In this document: one piece after another, positions 10,173 through 20,022 of the stretch
How the letters are laid out: every line of letters starts with the position of its first letter
Numbering within the stretch: the stretch's first letter is position 1
NCBI GenBank assembly: GCA_046331705.1
Contig: JAXLQJ010000058.1
Coordinates: 1 to 46,305, forward strand
Reading direction: 5' to 3'
Source of the DNA: a bacterium
GTDB lineage: Bacteria; JADJOY01
DNA length: 46,305 nt
The notes under the pieces: model-generated
Told to the model about the DNA's origin: nothing
The model's input: only the letters and a program-made list of their open reading frames with translations
Database searches by the model: none
Position numbers and translations under genes: made by a program

Positions 10173-10931
10173 TCAGAGCCCGCCGCTCGCCGCGACCTCG
10201 GCGATGCACATCGCTTGATTGCGGTCCTCGAGACGAATCGTCTCCTCGAGCGTCATCCCGCCCGCGCTCAGATCGATCGCCTCCTTGGTGAGCCGCAGCC
10301 CGAGCGGCGACTTGCTCGCCAGGTTCTCGGCGAGCGCACGCGCCTCGGGCAGCAAGGCGGGAAGCTCGACGATCGCCTGGACGAAGCCGATCCGGTGGGC
10401 CTCGGCTGCCGGCAGCTTGTCGCCGCTCAGCAGATAGCGCGCGGCGTTCCCCGCGCCGACCGCGCGCGTGAGCAGCCACGACGAGCCCATGTCCGCGCCG
10501 CCGAAGCCCAGGTTGATGTACGCCGCCTGGAACACCGCCTCGGCGGTCGCGAGCCGGATGTCGCACGCCATCGCGATCGAGAAGCCCGCTCCCATCGCCG
10601 GGCCGTGAATCGCGCCGATGATGGGCTGCGGCAAGCGCCGGAGCTTCAAGATCATCTCCGAGAACGTGCGCTGCGCCACGTACGCCTGGCGCGGCGAGTA
10701 CGCGCCGCCCGTGATGGTCGGATCCTTGATGTCGAGGCCGGCGCTGAAGGCGCGACCGGCGCCGGTCACGACGAGCACGCGGGTGTCGAGATCGCGGGCG
10801 CGCTCGTCGAGCCACGCGTGCAGCTCGTCGCGCATCACGAAGTTGATCGCGTTGAGGCAGCGCGCGCGATCGAGGGTCAAGACGCCCACCGGGCCATGCT
10901 GCTCGTAGCGCAGGGTTTCGTACGCGGTCAT
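10173..10931 (-). CDS. Enoyl-CoA hydratase/isomerase (crotonase) family protein
   Basis: 'VTGAGRAFSAGLD', 'PQPIIGAIHGPAMGAGFSIAMACDIR'; GGAGG RBS; 25 bp upstream of the ACAD start. Confidence 0.92.
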   Translation of the reverse strand: MTAYETLRYEQHGPVGVLTLDRARCLNAINFVMRDELHAWLDERARDLDTRVLVVTGAGRAFSAGLDIKDPTITGGAYSPRQAYVAQRTFSEMILKLRRLPQPIIGAIHGPAMGAGFSIAMACDIRLATAEAVFQAAYINLGFGGADMGSSWLLTRAVGAGNAARYLLSGDKLPAAEAHRIGFVQAIVELPALLPEARALAENLASKSPLGLRLTKEAIDLSAGGMTLEETIRLEDRNQAMCIAEVAASGGL

Positions 10932-11180
10932 GCGTCCTCCTGGATGACGGGAAAGCCTCGCGCGGCGAGATCGTCGGCGGAGTCCTCGAAGCCCGGCATG
11001 CGCGTGAGCCTCGGCTCGAGCGGGACGCCGCTCGCCAGCGGCCAGGCCGGCCCGCCGACGATGGCCTCGGGCTCCTTGCCGATCACCGGATTCATCCTCG
11101 TGGCGTCCACGTGCTCGAGGTCGGATAGCACCAGACGCGTCGCAGCGGCGAGCGCGGCCGCGAGCCGCCGAGCGGGTGCG

Positions 11181-13505
11181 TCACCACTGGTGGGCGCCGA
11201 CGAGCGTCGCGCGTACCAGCGCGGCGAGCTCGGCGGCACTGTAGGGCTTGGCGAGGAACGTGAAACCGGCCGCTTCGGCGTTGGCTCCGACCCGCTCGCG
11301 TGCGTAGCCGCTGATCAGCAGCACGGGATGCGAGTGACCGTGGGCGCGCAGCCAATCGAGCAGGTCGTCGCCGCCGAGCCCGGGCATCACCAGGTCGAGG
11401 ATGAGCAGATCGATCTCGGGGTGGCGCTCGCGAAACAGCGCCAGCGCCTCCTGCCCGTCGCACGCGGTGATCACCCGATAGCCGAGGCGGGCGAGGATGG
11501 TTTGCGTGATGTGACGCAAGCGCTCGTCGTCCTCGGCGAGCAGCACCGTCTCGGACCCTCCGACCAGCTGCGCGGCGTCCGCTTGCTCGAGCTGCTGCGT
11601 GGTCTCGGTGGCCGGCAGCTCGATCGTGAACTGACTGCCGACGCCGAGTTGGGTGGTGGCGTGGATGCGCCCGCCGTGGGCGCGCACCACCCCGAATGCC
11701 GTGGAGAGCCCCAGCCCGGTGCCCTTGCCGACGGGCTTGGTGGTGAAGAAAGGATCGAACGCTCGCGACAACGTGTCGGTATCCATGCCGGTGCCGCTGT
11801 CGGTCACGGTCACGCGCACCGTCGGGCCGGCGAGCGCGTCGGGCGGCGCGGCGCCGGCGGCGGGCTCGGGCGACGCGCGCTCTCCCGTGCGCTCCTCGCA
11901 TTCGATGTTGAGGACCCCGCCCCGCGGCATCGCGTCGACGGCGTTCAGGCAGAGATTGAGCAGCACCTGATGGATCCGCGCGGGATCGCCGAGCACGCTC
12001 AGGCTGGCGGCGCGACACGAGGTGCGCACCTCGACGTTCGGCGGCAACGAGCGCCGGAGCATCCGCAGCATCTCGCCGATCAAGTCGTTCATGCGGAAGG
12101 GCGAGATGATCATGGGCTCGAGCCGGGTGTAGTGACGAAGCCCTTTGGTCAGCTCGACGCAATGCCGGGAGGCGGTCTCGACGTCCGCGAGCAGCGACTG
12201 CAGCTCGTGGTCCGGCCCCAGATCCTCCCGCACGATGCGCAGATTGCCGAGCATCACGTTGAGCTGGTTGTTGAAGTCGTGCGCGATGCCCGCCGCCATC
12301 ACACCCAGCGCTTTGAGCTTCTCGCCGTGGGCGAGCTGCTCCTCCAGGTTGCGACGGCGAGCCTCGTCCCGCAGCCGGTCGGTGCGGTCCTCGAAGCGCG
12401 CCAGCATCAACGGCTCACCGACCCGCGAGAGCTCGAGGAGCGTGAGCTGCCCGATCCGACGTTCGCCGGTCGGCAACGCCAGCGTGGCGGGCAACGACGT
12501 CAGCGTGCCCTCGCCGCCCACCCCGCCCGCGTGGGCCTTCACGGAATCCTCGACCTGGAAGATGGACTCGAAGCGGTGCGGCACGGCGATGGACGCGGTC
12601 CAGCGCTCGAGCGCCGGGTTCTCGTCCACCAGCTCGCCCGCGGCGTTCACCAGCGCCATCGCGTCCGGGCTCTGCTCGAAGACGGCACGCGCGCGACGCT
12701 CGGAGTCCTCGAGCGCGCGCAGGTAGCGCCTGCTGTCCTCGACGCCCTGGCGCAGCGCCGCCGTCAGGCTCGCGATCTCGGGTCGCTCGTCGGGGCCGCT
12801 CGCCAGCTCCTCGAGCGGCACCGGGAAGCGCGCCACGCGCCGAGCCAGCTGACGTAGCGGGCGCGTGATCGAGCGGCTCGCGGACACGGCGAGCCCCGCG
12901 AACACGCTCGCCAGCAGCACCGCGATCGGTGCGCTGATGAGCAAGATCTCGCGCTGGATCTCGTCGAGCGCGGCTGTGGAGAAGCGCAGCGCGATGGCGC
13001 CCACCACACGCGCCGGCCGATGTGTGGGGTCGCCGGGAAAGAAGAGGTCGGTCGGGTCCGCGCCGGGCTCGCGACGCGACGAACCGACCACCGGCGTGGC
13101 GATGTCGAAGCCGCGCGGGTCACGGTGCACCACGGTCGCGCCGTCGCGCAGCACGGCGTCGGGAAGCGAGCTCCACGCGGGACCGACTCCGTGGCGCGCC
13201 AGCAACCGTCCGGTGCGGTCGAACGCGGCGATGCCGAGCACCGACGAGTCCGCCATCGTGGTTTCCGCTTGCTCGCGCAGGAAATCGGTCGAGCCCGCGG
13301 TCACCGCCACGCGCAAGCCCGCGGTGATGTGGTAGGCGAGCGAGCGCGCGTTGCGCTCGAATTGCTGGCGAGCGAGCCGCGTCCCGACGAACGCCCCCAG
13401 GCTCGCGAGCGTCGCCGAGGCGAGCATCACGAACGCCGCCGCGAGCAACGCGAGCTGCACGTCGAGCGAACGCGGAGCGGAGCGTCGGCCGCCGAGCAGC
13501 CTCAT
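11181..13505 (-). CDS. Membrane hybrid sensor histidine kinase/response regulator (periplasmic domain-HAMP-like-PAS-HisKA-HATPase-REC)
   Basis: Two TM segments; 'AGIAHDFNN' H-box; 'QVLLNLCLNAVDAM'; 'DSGTGM'; 'FDPFFTTK..GKGTGLGL'; REC 'LLAEDD..DLVMP..LAKP'. Confidence 0.93.
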   Translation of the reverse strand: MRLLGGRRSAPRSLDVQLALLAAAFVMLASATLASLGAFVGTRLARQQFERNARSLAYHITAGLRVAVTAGSTDFLREQAETTMADSSVLGIAAFDRTGRLLARHGVGPAWSSLPDAVLRDGATVVHRDPRGFDIATPVVGSSRREPGADPTDLFFPGDPTHRPARVVGAIALRFSTAALDEIQREILLISAPIAVLLASVFAGLAVSASRSITRPLRQLARRVARFPVPLEELASGPDERPEIASLTAALRQGVEDSRRYLRALEDSERRARAVFEQSPDAMALVNAAGELVDENPALERWTASIAVPHRFESIFQVEDSVKAHAGGVGGEGTLTSLPATLALPTGERRIGQLTLLELSRVGEPLMLARFEDRTDRLRDEARRRNLEEQLAHGEKLKALGVMAAGIAHDFNNQLNVMLGNLRIVREDLGPDHELQSLLADVETASRHCVELTKGLRHYTRLEPMIISPFRMNDLIGEMLRMLRRSLPPNVEVRTSCRAASLSVLGDPARIHQVLLNLCLNAVDAMPRGGVLNIECEERTGERASPEPAAGAAPPDALAGPTVRVTVTDSGTGMDTDTLSRAFDPFFTTKPVGKGTGLGLSTAFGVVRAHGGRIHATTQLGVGSQFTIELPATETTQQLEQADAAQLVGGSETVLLAEDDERLRHITQTILARLGYRVITACDGQEALALFRERHPEIDLLILDLVMPGLGGDDLLDWLRAHGHSHPVLLISGYARERVGANAEAAGFTFLAKPYSAAELAALVRATLVGAHQW

Positions 13506-14491
13506 CGGATCGACTCGCTGGCGCGCGCTTCGAGGCTCGGCGGGATCGCGAGCCCGAGCGCGCGCGCCGTCTTCAGATTGATCGTGAGGCCGAGGGCCTG
13601 GGGCAGCTCCGGCGCTGGCAGCAGCGCCTGCGCGCGGCGCTCGTCGGCACGCGCGATCAACGCCCCCAGCTGCGCGCCCAACGCCTCGGGATCGAGGGAA
13701 AGCGCCAGCAAGGCGCCACCCGCTGCGGTGGCGCGGTTGAAGCCCATCACCGGATCCCGCTCCTCCAATCCCGCCAGGATCGCGTAATCGATGGTCTCGC
13801 GCGTCATGATGGACGGCTCGGGGATCAATACCCAGGCATCCACCTTGGAGCGCTGCTCACGAAGGGCGTGCAGCGCCTCGCGCACGTCGCCGACCGCCGC
13901 CTCCATCGCGGTGAGCGAGTGACGCGCGAGCGCTCCCGCGAGCTCGCGGGCCACGCAGCTCGGCTCACCCGCGCGGCGCAGATAGCCGACCGTCGCGACC
14001 TTCGGGCTCGCTTCCACGAGCGTCCGCACGATGCGCTCGGCGTCGATGCGCAACACCACTCCGGTCTCGTGCTCCGACGGGACGAGCTCGCAGCGCTCGT
14101 CCTCGGCGAAGGCGAAGGCCCGCGGCACCGATGGCGACTCGGCTCGCGCCAGCGCCAGCGCCTCGGAGCCGAGCGCCACGATCCAGCGTGGCGTCTCCCC
14201 CACGAGCGAGGCCTGGGCGACGGGTGCCCGCACCGAGATCGTCCAGCCCTTCCCGTCCAGCGCTCGTTGGAAGCCCCGGATCGCCGCCGCGTAAGGCTCG
14301 CGTTCACGCGACGGCGCGAGCACGACCACCGTGTTCGGCGGTGCGCCGCTCTCGGCCCAGCGCGCGACGAGCAGCCACGCCGCCCCCAGCGCGAATGCCC
14401 ACCCGCGGCGCGCCGAGCGTTGGTCCGGGCGTTCGCTCGACCCAAGCCCCGCGCGTGCTCGCCCGCGGGCGCACGCCACTCGCTGCTTCAC
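13502..14491 (-). CDS. ABC-type periplasmic substrate-binding protein (ABC_sub_bind-like)
   Basis: Hydrophobic signal segment and C-terminal family signature 'INLKTARALGLAIP'. Stop overlaps the kinase start (ATGA). Start uncertain. Confidence 0.75.
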   Translation of the reverse strand: MKQRVACARGRARAGLGSSERPDQRSARRGWAFALGAAWLLVARWAESGAPPNTVVVLAPSREREPYAAAIRGFQRALDGKGWTISVRAPVAQASLVGETPRWIVALGSEALALARAESPSVPRAFAFAEDERCELVPSEHETGVVLRIDAERIVRTLVEASPKVATVGYLRRAGEPSCVARELAGALARHSLTAMEAAVGDVREALHALREQRSKVDAWVLIPEPSIMTRETIDYAILAGLEERDPVMGFNRATAAGGALLALSLDPEALGAQLGALIARADERRAQALLPAPELPQALGLTINLKTARALGLAIPPSLEARASESIR

Positions 14492-14558
14492 CTCGGCGTC
14501 CGGGAAATGGGCTCCACCGTGTCGACCAGCGACATGCAGCGACCTCCCCCGGCCGTGC

Positions 14559-16664
14559 TCAGAATCGGTACGCCGCGCTCGCGTAGACGCTGAGTCGTTC
14601 GGGAAACGCCGTGCCGGGGTTGGCGGCGAGCGGCCTGCGAACGGCATCGTCGAGGACGTTCACCGCGGTGAGCGCCAGCGTGAGTCCGTCCACGCCCGCG
14701 TCCTCCCAGCGCAGATTGAGGTCCAGGTCCGCGTTCACGTCGCTCGAGTGGGTGATGCGCTGGCCTTGATCCGTTCCGGTGGCGAAGTAATCGGCGGCGC
14801 CCACGATCCGCACGATCGCGGCCAAGGAGGCACCGTGACCGAGGTGGTAGCGCGTGATCACGTTCGCCATGAGCTCGGGATACGAGAGCAGGTTCCCCTC
14901 GGCGTCCGCGGCGCCCAGCAAGCCGTAACGCCCAGCTTCGAACTCGGCGTGCGCCCACGAGACGTTCACCTCTTCCTGAAGCCGCGCCCATTGCCCGTGG
15001 ACCTCGGCCTCCGCTCCCCACGAAACGACGTCGCCCAAGTTCACGAAGGTGCGCGGAGGCGGCACGTCGAAGCGGGCGTTGTAGCTGATCAGGCTGTCGA
15101 GGCGGCGATGGAATCCCGTGACCGAGAAGCCGAGCGAGGCGAGCGGCTGCCAGAGCAGCTGAAGGTCGTGGGAGGTGAGCCGCTCGTTGTCGATGTTGCG
15201 CTGCGCCTTCTGCAGCTCGGGCACGTCGTCGGGCGTGAGCGGGCTACCGGGCGGGATCGTGACGAGCGCGTTGCGCTGGAACGCGGAAGGGTGCAGGAAC
15301 GCTTTCTGGAAGACGTACTTGATCTGGAACGAGTCGTCGCCGAAGGGCTGGATGCGTAAGGCGCCCTTCGGGTCCACCGAGGCGTCGAAGACGTCCGAGC
15401 CGGTGTAGCGCCCGCCCCCCACCAACGAGAGCCACGACGCGATCCACCATTCGTACTGCGCGAAGAGCGAGCCCCCGAGGGCGTGGAAGGGAATGATGCG
15501 CTTGCCGTTCTCGGTGGCCGCGAGCCGCGAGGAGTCCTGGTAATCGGACCATTCGACCTCCCCGCCCAACGTGAAACGGTGATCGGCCGTGGGGAACCAA
15601 TCGAGCAGCACGGTGCTGGCGCCACGGTACTCGTCGAATTGCCGCACCGGCGCGTCGAAGCCGCCCGTGAGCAGCTCGCGCGGCGTCGAGGCATCGCCGT
15701 TACGGATGTCCTTGCGCTGCCGCCACCAATCGCCCGAGACCGTCACGCGGGTGCTGAGCGTGGTCGCGGGGCGCGCGTCCCAGGCCAGCTCGGCGAAGTT
15801 GCTCAGGTTGCGCTCGGTGCCGTCCGGGCGCGGCAGATCGCGGTTCTCGGGCAGATCGAGGGCGCGCAGCGTGGCGCTCAGATCACCCCAGCGAGCGTTC
15901 GCGAAGAGCTCGTACGCGGCGCCGGGATCGTAGAGGCGCGAATCCGTGTCCACCGGTTCGGCGCCCAGGAACAGCATCTTCCCGTCCGGGGTGCCATGCG
16001 ATTGGTGGAACTTGCCCGATGCGTAGAGGCTCGCCGGCGTGCCCGCGAGCGTGCCCACGTCGGCGTGCTGGGCCCACACGTGCACGAGGTCCTCGTTGCC
16101 CACGCCGGCGCCGACCTCGGTCTTGGTTCGATCCGCGCCCACCAGCGTGTCGGCGTCCTCGGTCACGATGTTGAACACGCCGAGCAGCGCGCCGCTGCCC
16201 CACAGGGTGGAGCCCGGGCCGGTGAGGACCTCGATCCTGGCGACGTTCTCCAAGGACATCGGAAACACGTGATTGGGATTGACGCCGTTGTTGAAGGTGC
16301 TGGTCAGGTTGTGGCCGTCGAGCAGCACCACGAACTTCGAGTTGTTGTCGGTGACGATGCCGCGGGTGCCGATCACCAGATCGTCGATGTCCGTGACCAT
16401 CGTGAATCCCGGCGTGATGCGGATCACGTCGGAGAGCGTCCGCAAGCCGAGCTCGCGAATCTCCTCGCGCGTGTAGACGCGCACCACGGCCGGCGCGGTG
16501 GCGGCGCGTTCGCCACGACGCGACGCCACCTCGACGGGCTGATTGCCGAACAGCATGTCGATGGTCGCGGACGCATCGTCCGCGGCTCTGGCGGGCACCG
16601 CGAGGCCTGCGACGGTCGCGATCGAGATCAGTACGGGGCGAAGGTCGAACCGAGGACGCGGCAC
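14559..16664 (-). CDS. TonB-dependent outer-membrane receptor
   Basis: Signal peptide; plug motifs 'VASRR..APAVVRVYTREEI', 'VVLLDG', 'VARIEVLTGPGSTLWGSGALLGVFNIVT'; C-terminal 'AYRF'. Confidence 0.92.
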   Translation of the reverse strand: MPRPRFDLRPVLISIATVAGLAVPARAADDASATIDMLFGNQPVEVASRRGERAATAPAVVRVYTREEIRELGLRTLSDVIRITPGFTMVTDIDDLVIGTRGIVTDNNSKFVVLLDGHNLTSTFNNGVNPNHVFPMSLENVARIEVLTGPGSTLWGSGALLGVFNIVTEDADTLVGADRTKTEVGAGVGNEDLVHVWAQHADVGTLAGTPASLYASGKFHQSHGTPDGKMLFLGAEPVDTDSRLYDPGAAYELFANARWGDLSATLRALDLPENRDLPRPDGTERNLSNFAELAWDARPATTLSTRVTVSGDWWRQRKDIRNGDASTPRELLTGGFDAPVRQFDEYRGASTVLLDWFPTADHRFTLGGEVEWSDYQDSSRLAATENGKRIIPFHALGGSLFAQYEWWIASWLSLVGGGRYTGSDVFDASVDPKGALRIQPFGDDSFQIKYVFQKAFLHPSAFQRNALVTIPPGSPLTPDDVPELQKAQRNIDNERLTSHDLQLLWQPLASLGFSVTGFHRRLDSLISYNARFDVPPPRTFVNLGDVVSWGAEAEVHGQWARLQEEVNVSWAHAEFEAGRYGLLGAADAEGNLLSYPELMANVITRYHLGHGASLAAIVRIVGAADYFATGTDQGQRITHSSDVNADLDLNLRWEDAGVDGLTLALTAVNVLDDAVRRPLAANPGTAFPERLSVYASAAYRF

Positions 16665-16833
16665 GCGGGCTCACCTCTCGCGCGCGGCGCACGGCGCCGG
16701 GCGGGACGCTGGGGCCGCTCGACCATACACCCAGGAAAACCCGCCTCGCCAGCGCGAAATCCTCGCAGGCGCGACGTTCCCGGGAGGTCGCGACCGCACC
16801 CGCGTTCGCCGCCGCGACGCGCGCTCTGCCCCC

Positions 16834-18288
16834 TCAACGAGCGCCGGAGCGCGCCCGACCCGCGGGGCGATCCGCGCGCCGCCGTCCTGCGCTCGCGGCG
16901 CGCCGCGCGAGGCGCACCAGCGCACGGACCTCCACCGCGATGGCCGCGGCCATGACGTCGACGTCGCGCGCGCTGTCGTAGTCGCCGGTGATGCCGAACG
17001 CGATCCGGCCGTCGTAGGAAAGCGCAGCCGTGCCGACCCGCACGCCCTGGATGATCGGCACGTACGGCAAGCACTCGAGCAGCGTCCGACCGAGGCAATG
17101 GAGCGTGAACGGCGGACCCGGGACGTTGGTGACGACGGTGTTGATGGCGCGTTGCGGGAGCTGGTGCATGGCGCGGGTCACCAGCCGCGTCACCGTGCCG
17201 ACCACCATCGGCGGAGCGAGATCGCCGAGCTCGGTGGCCCATTCGCCTGCCTCGACCATGTGGGAGCCCTTGAGCTCGGCCATCTGCGCCGAGAGCACGC
17301 GTAGCCGTTCCCGCGGATCGGCGAGGTGAACCGGCAAATCGCAGAGCAGCGCGGAGACGCGGTTGTCGCTGATTCCCCTCGCGTCGGCGGTGCGCACCGA
17401 CACCGGCACCAGCGAGCGGATTCCGGCAGGGCCGATCGGCTCGCCGCGATGGAGCAGGAGCGCGCGGATGCCAGCCGTGACGGCCGCCAGCACCACGTCG
17501 TTCACGGTGCCACCGAGCCCTTTGCGCACGGTGCGCACGTCGTCGAGGGTCACCGACGCGTGGGCATAGACCCGGTGGGTTCCCACCGTGCCCACGATCG
17601 ACGAGGGTGGCTTGATCAGCAAGCGCCGCGCGAATCCGATCAGTCCCTGGCCGGTCTCGACCACCGCGCGCACGCCGTCGGCGGGGTGCGTGAGCCCGTC
17701 GCGTGTCTTGCGCGCCCAGGCGAATGCATCGCCGGCCAGGCCGCGCCACGCGTCCAGCACCAGCGCGAGATCGGACGGCTCGGCCGCGGGAGTCCACGGC
17801 ACCACGTCGGGCAGCCGCGACTCGCGCTCGGTGTCGAGCAACGCGGCCAGGAGCTCGATGCCCGAGATCCCGTCCACCAGGCAATGGTGGATCTTCGAGA
17901 TCAGCGCCCAGCGACGCCCCTTCAATCCCTCGACGACCCAGGCCTCCCAGAGCGGCCGGTCGCGATCGAGCGGCTGGGACATGATGCGGCCCATGAGATT
18001 GCAGAGCGCCCGATCGTCGTGGGGCGCGGGCAACGCCGTGCGTCGCAGGTGGTAGCCGAGATCGAAGCGCGGATCGTCGATCCACACCGGGCGGCCGAGC
18101 TCCAAGGGCACGAAGCGGACGCGCTGCCGGTAGCGCGGGACCTGGTGCAGCTTGGAGCGAAAGAGCGCCTCGATCTCCGCCGCCTGCGGCACCGGCCCCG
18201 CGAAGATCGAGATGCACGCGATGTGCATCGGCGCCGCGGCGTCCTCGAGATGGAGGAATTGCGCGTCGAGCAGGTGTAGGCGCTGCAT
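16834..18288 (-). CDS. Wax ester synthase/diacylglycerol acyltransferase (WS/DGAT)
   Basis: 'LDAQFLHLE...PMHI', catalytic 'HHCLVDG', 'GTVNDVVL', 'TNVPGP'; GGAGG RBS before ATG 18288. Confidence 0.93.
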   Translation of the reverse strand: MQRLHLLDAQFLHLEDAAAPMHIACISIFAGPVPQAAEIEALFRSKLHQVPRYRQRVRFVPLELGRPVWIDDPRFDLGYHLRRTALPAPHDDRALCNLMGRIMSQPLDRDRPLWEAWVVEGLKGRRWALISKIHHCLVDGISGIELLAALLDTERESRLPDVVPWTPAAEPSDLALVLDAWRGLAGDAFAWARKTRDGLTHPADGVRAVVETGQGLIGFARRLLIKPPSSIVGTVGTHRVYAHASVTLDDVRTVRKGLGGTVNDVVLAAVTAGIRALLLHRGEPIGPAGIRSLVPVSVRTADARGISDNRVSALLCDLPVHLADPRERLRVLSAQMAELKGSHMVEAGEWATELGDLAPPMVVGTVTRLVTRAMHQLPQRAINTVVTNVPGPPFTLHCLGRTLLECLPYVPIIQGVRVGTAALSYDGRIAFGITGDYDSARDVDVMAAAIAVEVRALVRLARRAASAGRRRADRPAGRARSGAR

Positions 18289-18676
18289 TCGGACCTCCGT
18301 GAGGCTCCTCGGTTGCGCCGCCTCGCAAGCCACCACGCCGCCCGCGACAGCGCGGGCATCCGACGCAGCGACCGCGCGCGGCCCGAGCGATCCGGCTCGG
18401 TCGCGCGACGATCGCGAGCGATTCGCGTGACGGCGCACGAGCGCGCGACGACGCGTGGGATTCTGGCCCGCCGAGAAGCCCGCCACAACCGTCCCCGTCG
18501 AGACGCAGCCGCGCGGCGCTCGCGCACGAGTTGCCGGCCGGGCTCACCACGACGCGAGTGGAGCGCGCCCGCGGGAGCCGCTCGCCCCAGGGACTGGAAC
18601 CTCGGCGACTCCTGCAACATGATCCAGGCGTGGCGTCCGTGTCGGCGGTTCCGCACGGCCCACGGCGAGGCTCTGA

Positions 18677-19165
18677 ATGCGCGCTCCGCACCGTTTCGCG
18701 ATCGTGTTGCCGTCGCAGGCACTCCTCGGCGTCATCGGATCGTGGGTCCCCGAACTCGCTCCGGTGCCGGAGGGTTCGTCCGGCCCCATCGAGAACGCCG
18801 ATCTCGTCCGTCCCCGCCACACCGTCGCATTCGACATCCTGGGCGAGCAGCGCATGGATCATTGGGCGGTGCCTGCCGGACCTTCGCCCGCGCACGGATG
18901 GCCCGTGGTGATCCCGTTTCACGGATCCGTCATCGGCGCCCAGCTCACCTGGCAGGCCTCGAAGGCCACGCCCTTCGGCGCCGACGATCCGACGCAGAGG
19001 GTCGAGTGCCTCATCCACGGCGCCAGTCCGTGGGATACCAGCGACCTGCTCGTCTCGGACCACGAATGGATCGCGGCGGCACCGGACGAGGTGGTCTCGT
19101 GGTTCCCGTCGCACCCGGGAACCCAGCCGCGCTCGAGCCACCGACACCGATGCGGTCGCTCATGA
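18677..19165 (+). pseudogene. Internally deleted relic resembling extracellular mcl-PHA depolymerase (PhaZ-type)
   Basis: Retains 'HWAVPAGPSPAHGWPVVIPFHGS...PFG' and C-terminal 'HEWIAAAPDEVVSWFPSHP', but the central catalytic GxSxG region is absent. Similarity recognised from memory, not searched. Confidence 0.55.
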
Positions 19166-19896
19166 CGGCGAGCGTGCAAGACGCGGAGATCGAGCGGCGC
19201 CTCGCGCCGTTTCTCGCCCGAGGGCTCATCCGGCGAGTGCCCACCCGCTGGCAGCTGCTGCAGGGCACCCTCGAGATGACGCCCTACGTGCTGAGCTCCG
19301 ACGCCACCGCCGAGCAACGCTACGCGGGCACGCCGTTCGGCCATCCGATCTTGCGCCAGCCGCTGATCTTCGCGCGGGTGGGTCTCGATCACCTGCGCAC
19401 CGGCGCCGCGCTGGGCGCCAAGCTCGGCTCGGTGTGCGCGCACCTGCACCTGACCCATCACCAGGGCATGCCCGTCTTCGACTTGCAGGTGGTGCAGACC
19501 CACCCCGATGGGCTCGCGCGATTGCGCGCCCGCACCAAGGAGCTCCTCGAGAACCAGAGCGCACGGGCGCGCCGCGACAACCGGTTGGTGGCGCTGATCC
19601 TGCCGCGCGCCGCCGAGTACTACCGCCAGTTCCTGGGCGCCGACGGCTGGATCGCGCGCGCCGAGCGCTTCGATTATCCGACGGCGCAGGACGAGGGCGC
19701 GGCGCTGCCCGAGGAGTTCTGGAGCCTGACGGGCTTTCTCGAGCATTGCGCGACCACGTTTCCCGCCACGTCCCGCGAGTGGCCGTGGTCGCGCTACCCC
19801 GGGCACCTCGCTCGCCTCGCGACGCGACGTTTCCGTGACAGCCGCGAACGCAGCACCCGTCCCGCGACCGGATCTTCCGAGGGCGCGAAGTCGTAG
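19162..19896 (+). CDS. Hypothetical protein, 244 aa
   Basis: Protein-like composition, GC-rich third positions, ATGA overlap with the upstream ORF stop; no family recognised. Confidence 0.75.
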   Translation: MTASVQDAEIERRLAPFLARGLIRRVPTRWQLLQGTLEMTPYVLSSDATAEQRYAGTPFGHPILRQPLIFARVGLDHLRTGAALGAKLGSVCAHLHLTHHQGMPVFDLQVVQTHPDGLARLRARTKELLENQSARARRDNRLVALILPRAAEYYRQFLGADGWIARAERFDYPTAQDEGAALPEEFWSLTGFLEHCATTFPATSREWPWSRYPGHLARLATRRFRDSRERSTRPATGSSEGAKS

Positions 19897-20022
19897 CTGC
19901 GCCAGCGCGAGATCTCCGCGGCTCGAACGACGTCTAGACCACAAACCGGTTGGCCGGTAGTCTCGCGTCCCGACCCCCACTCGCGGCGAGATCCCCTTCG
20001 GCCGCAGCACATCGGAGAGACG

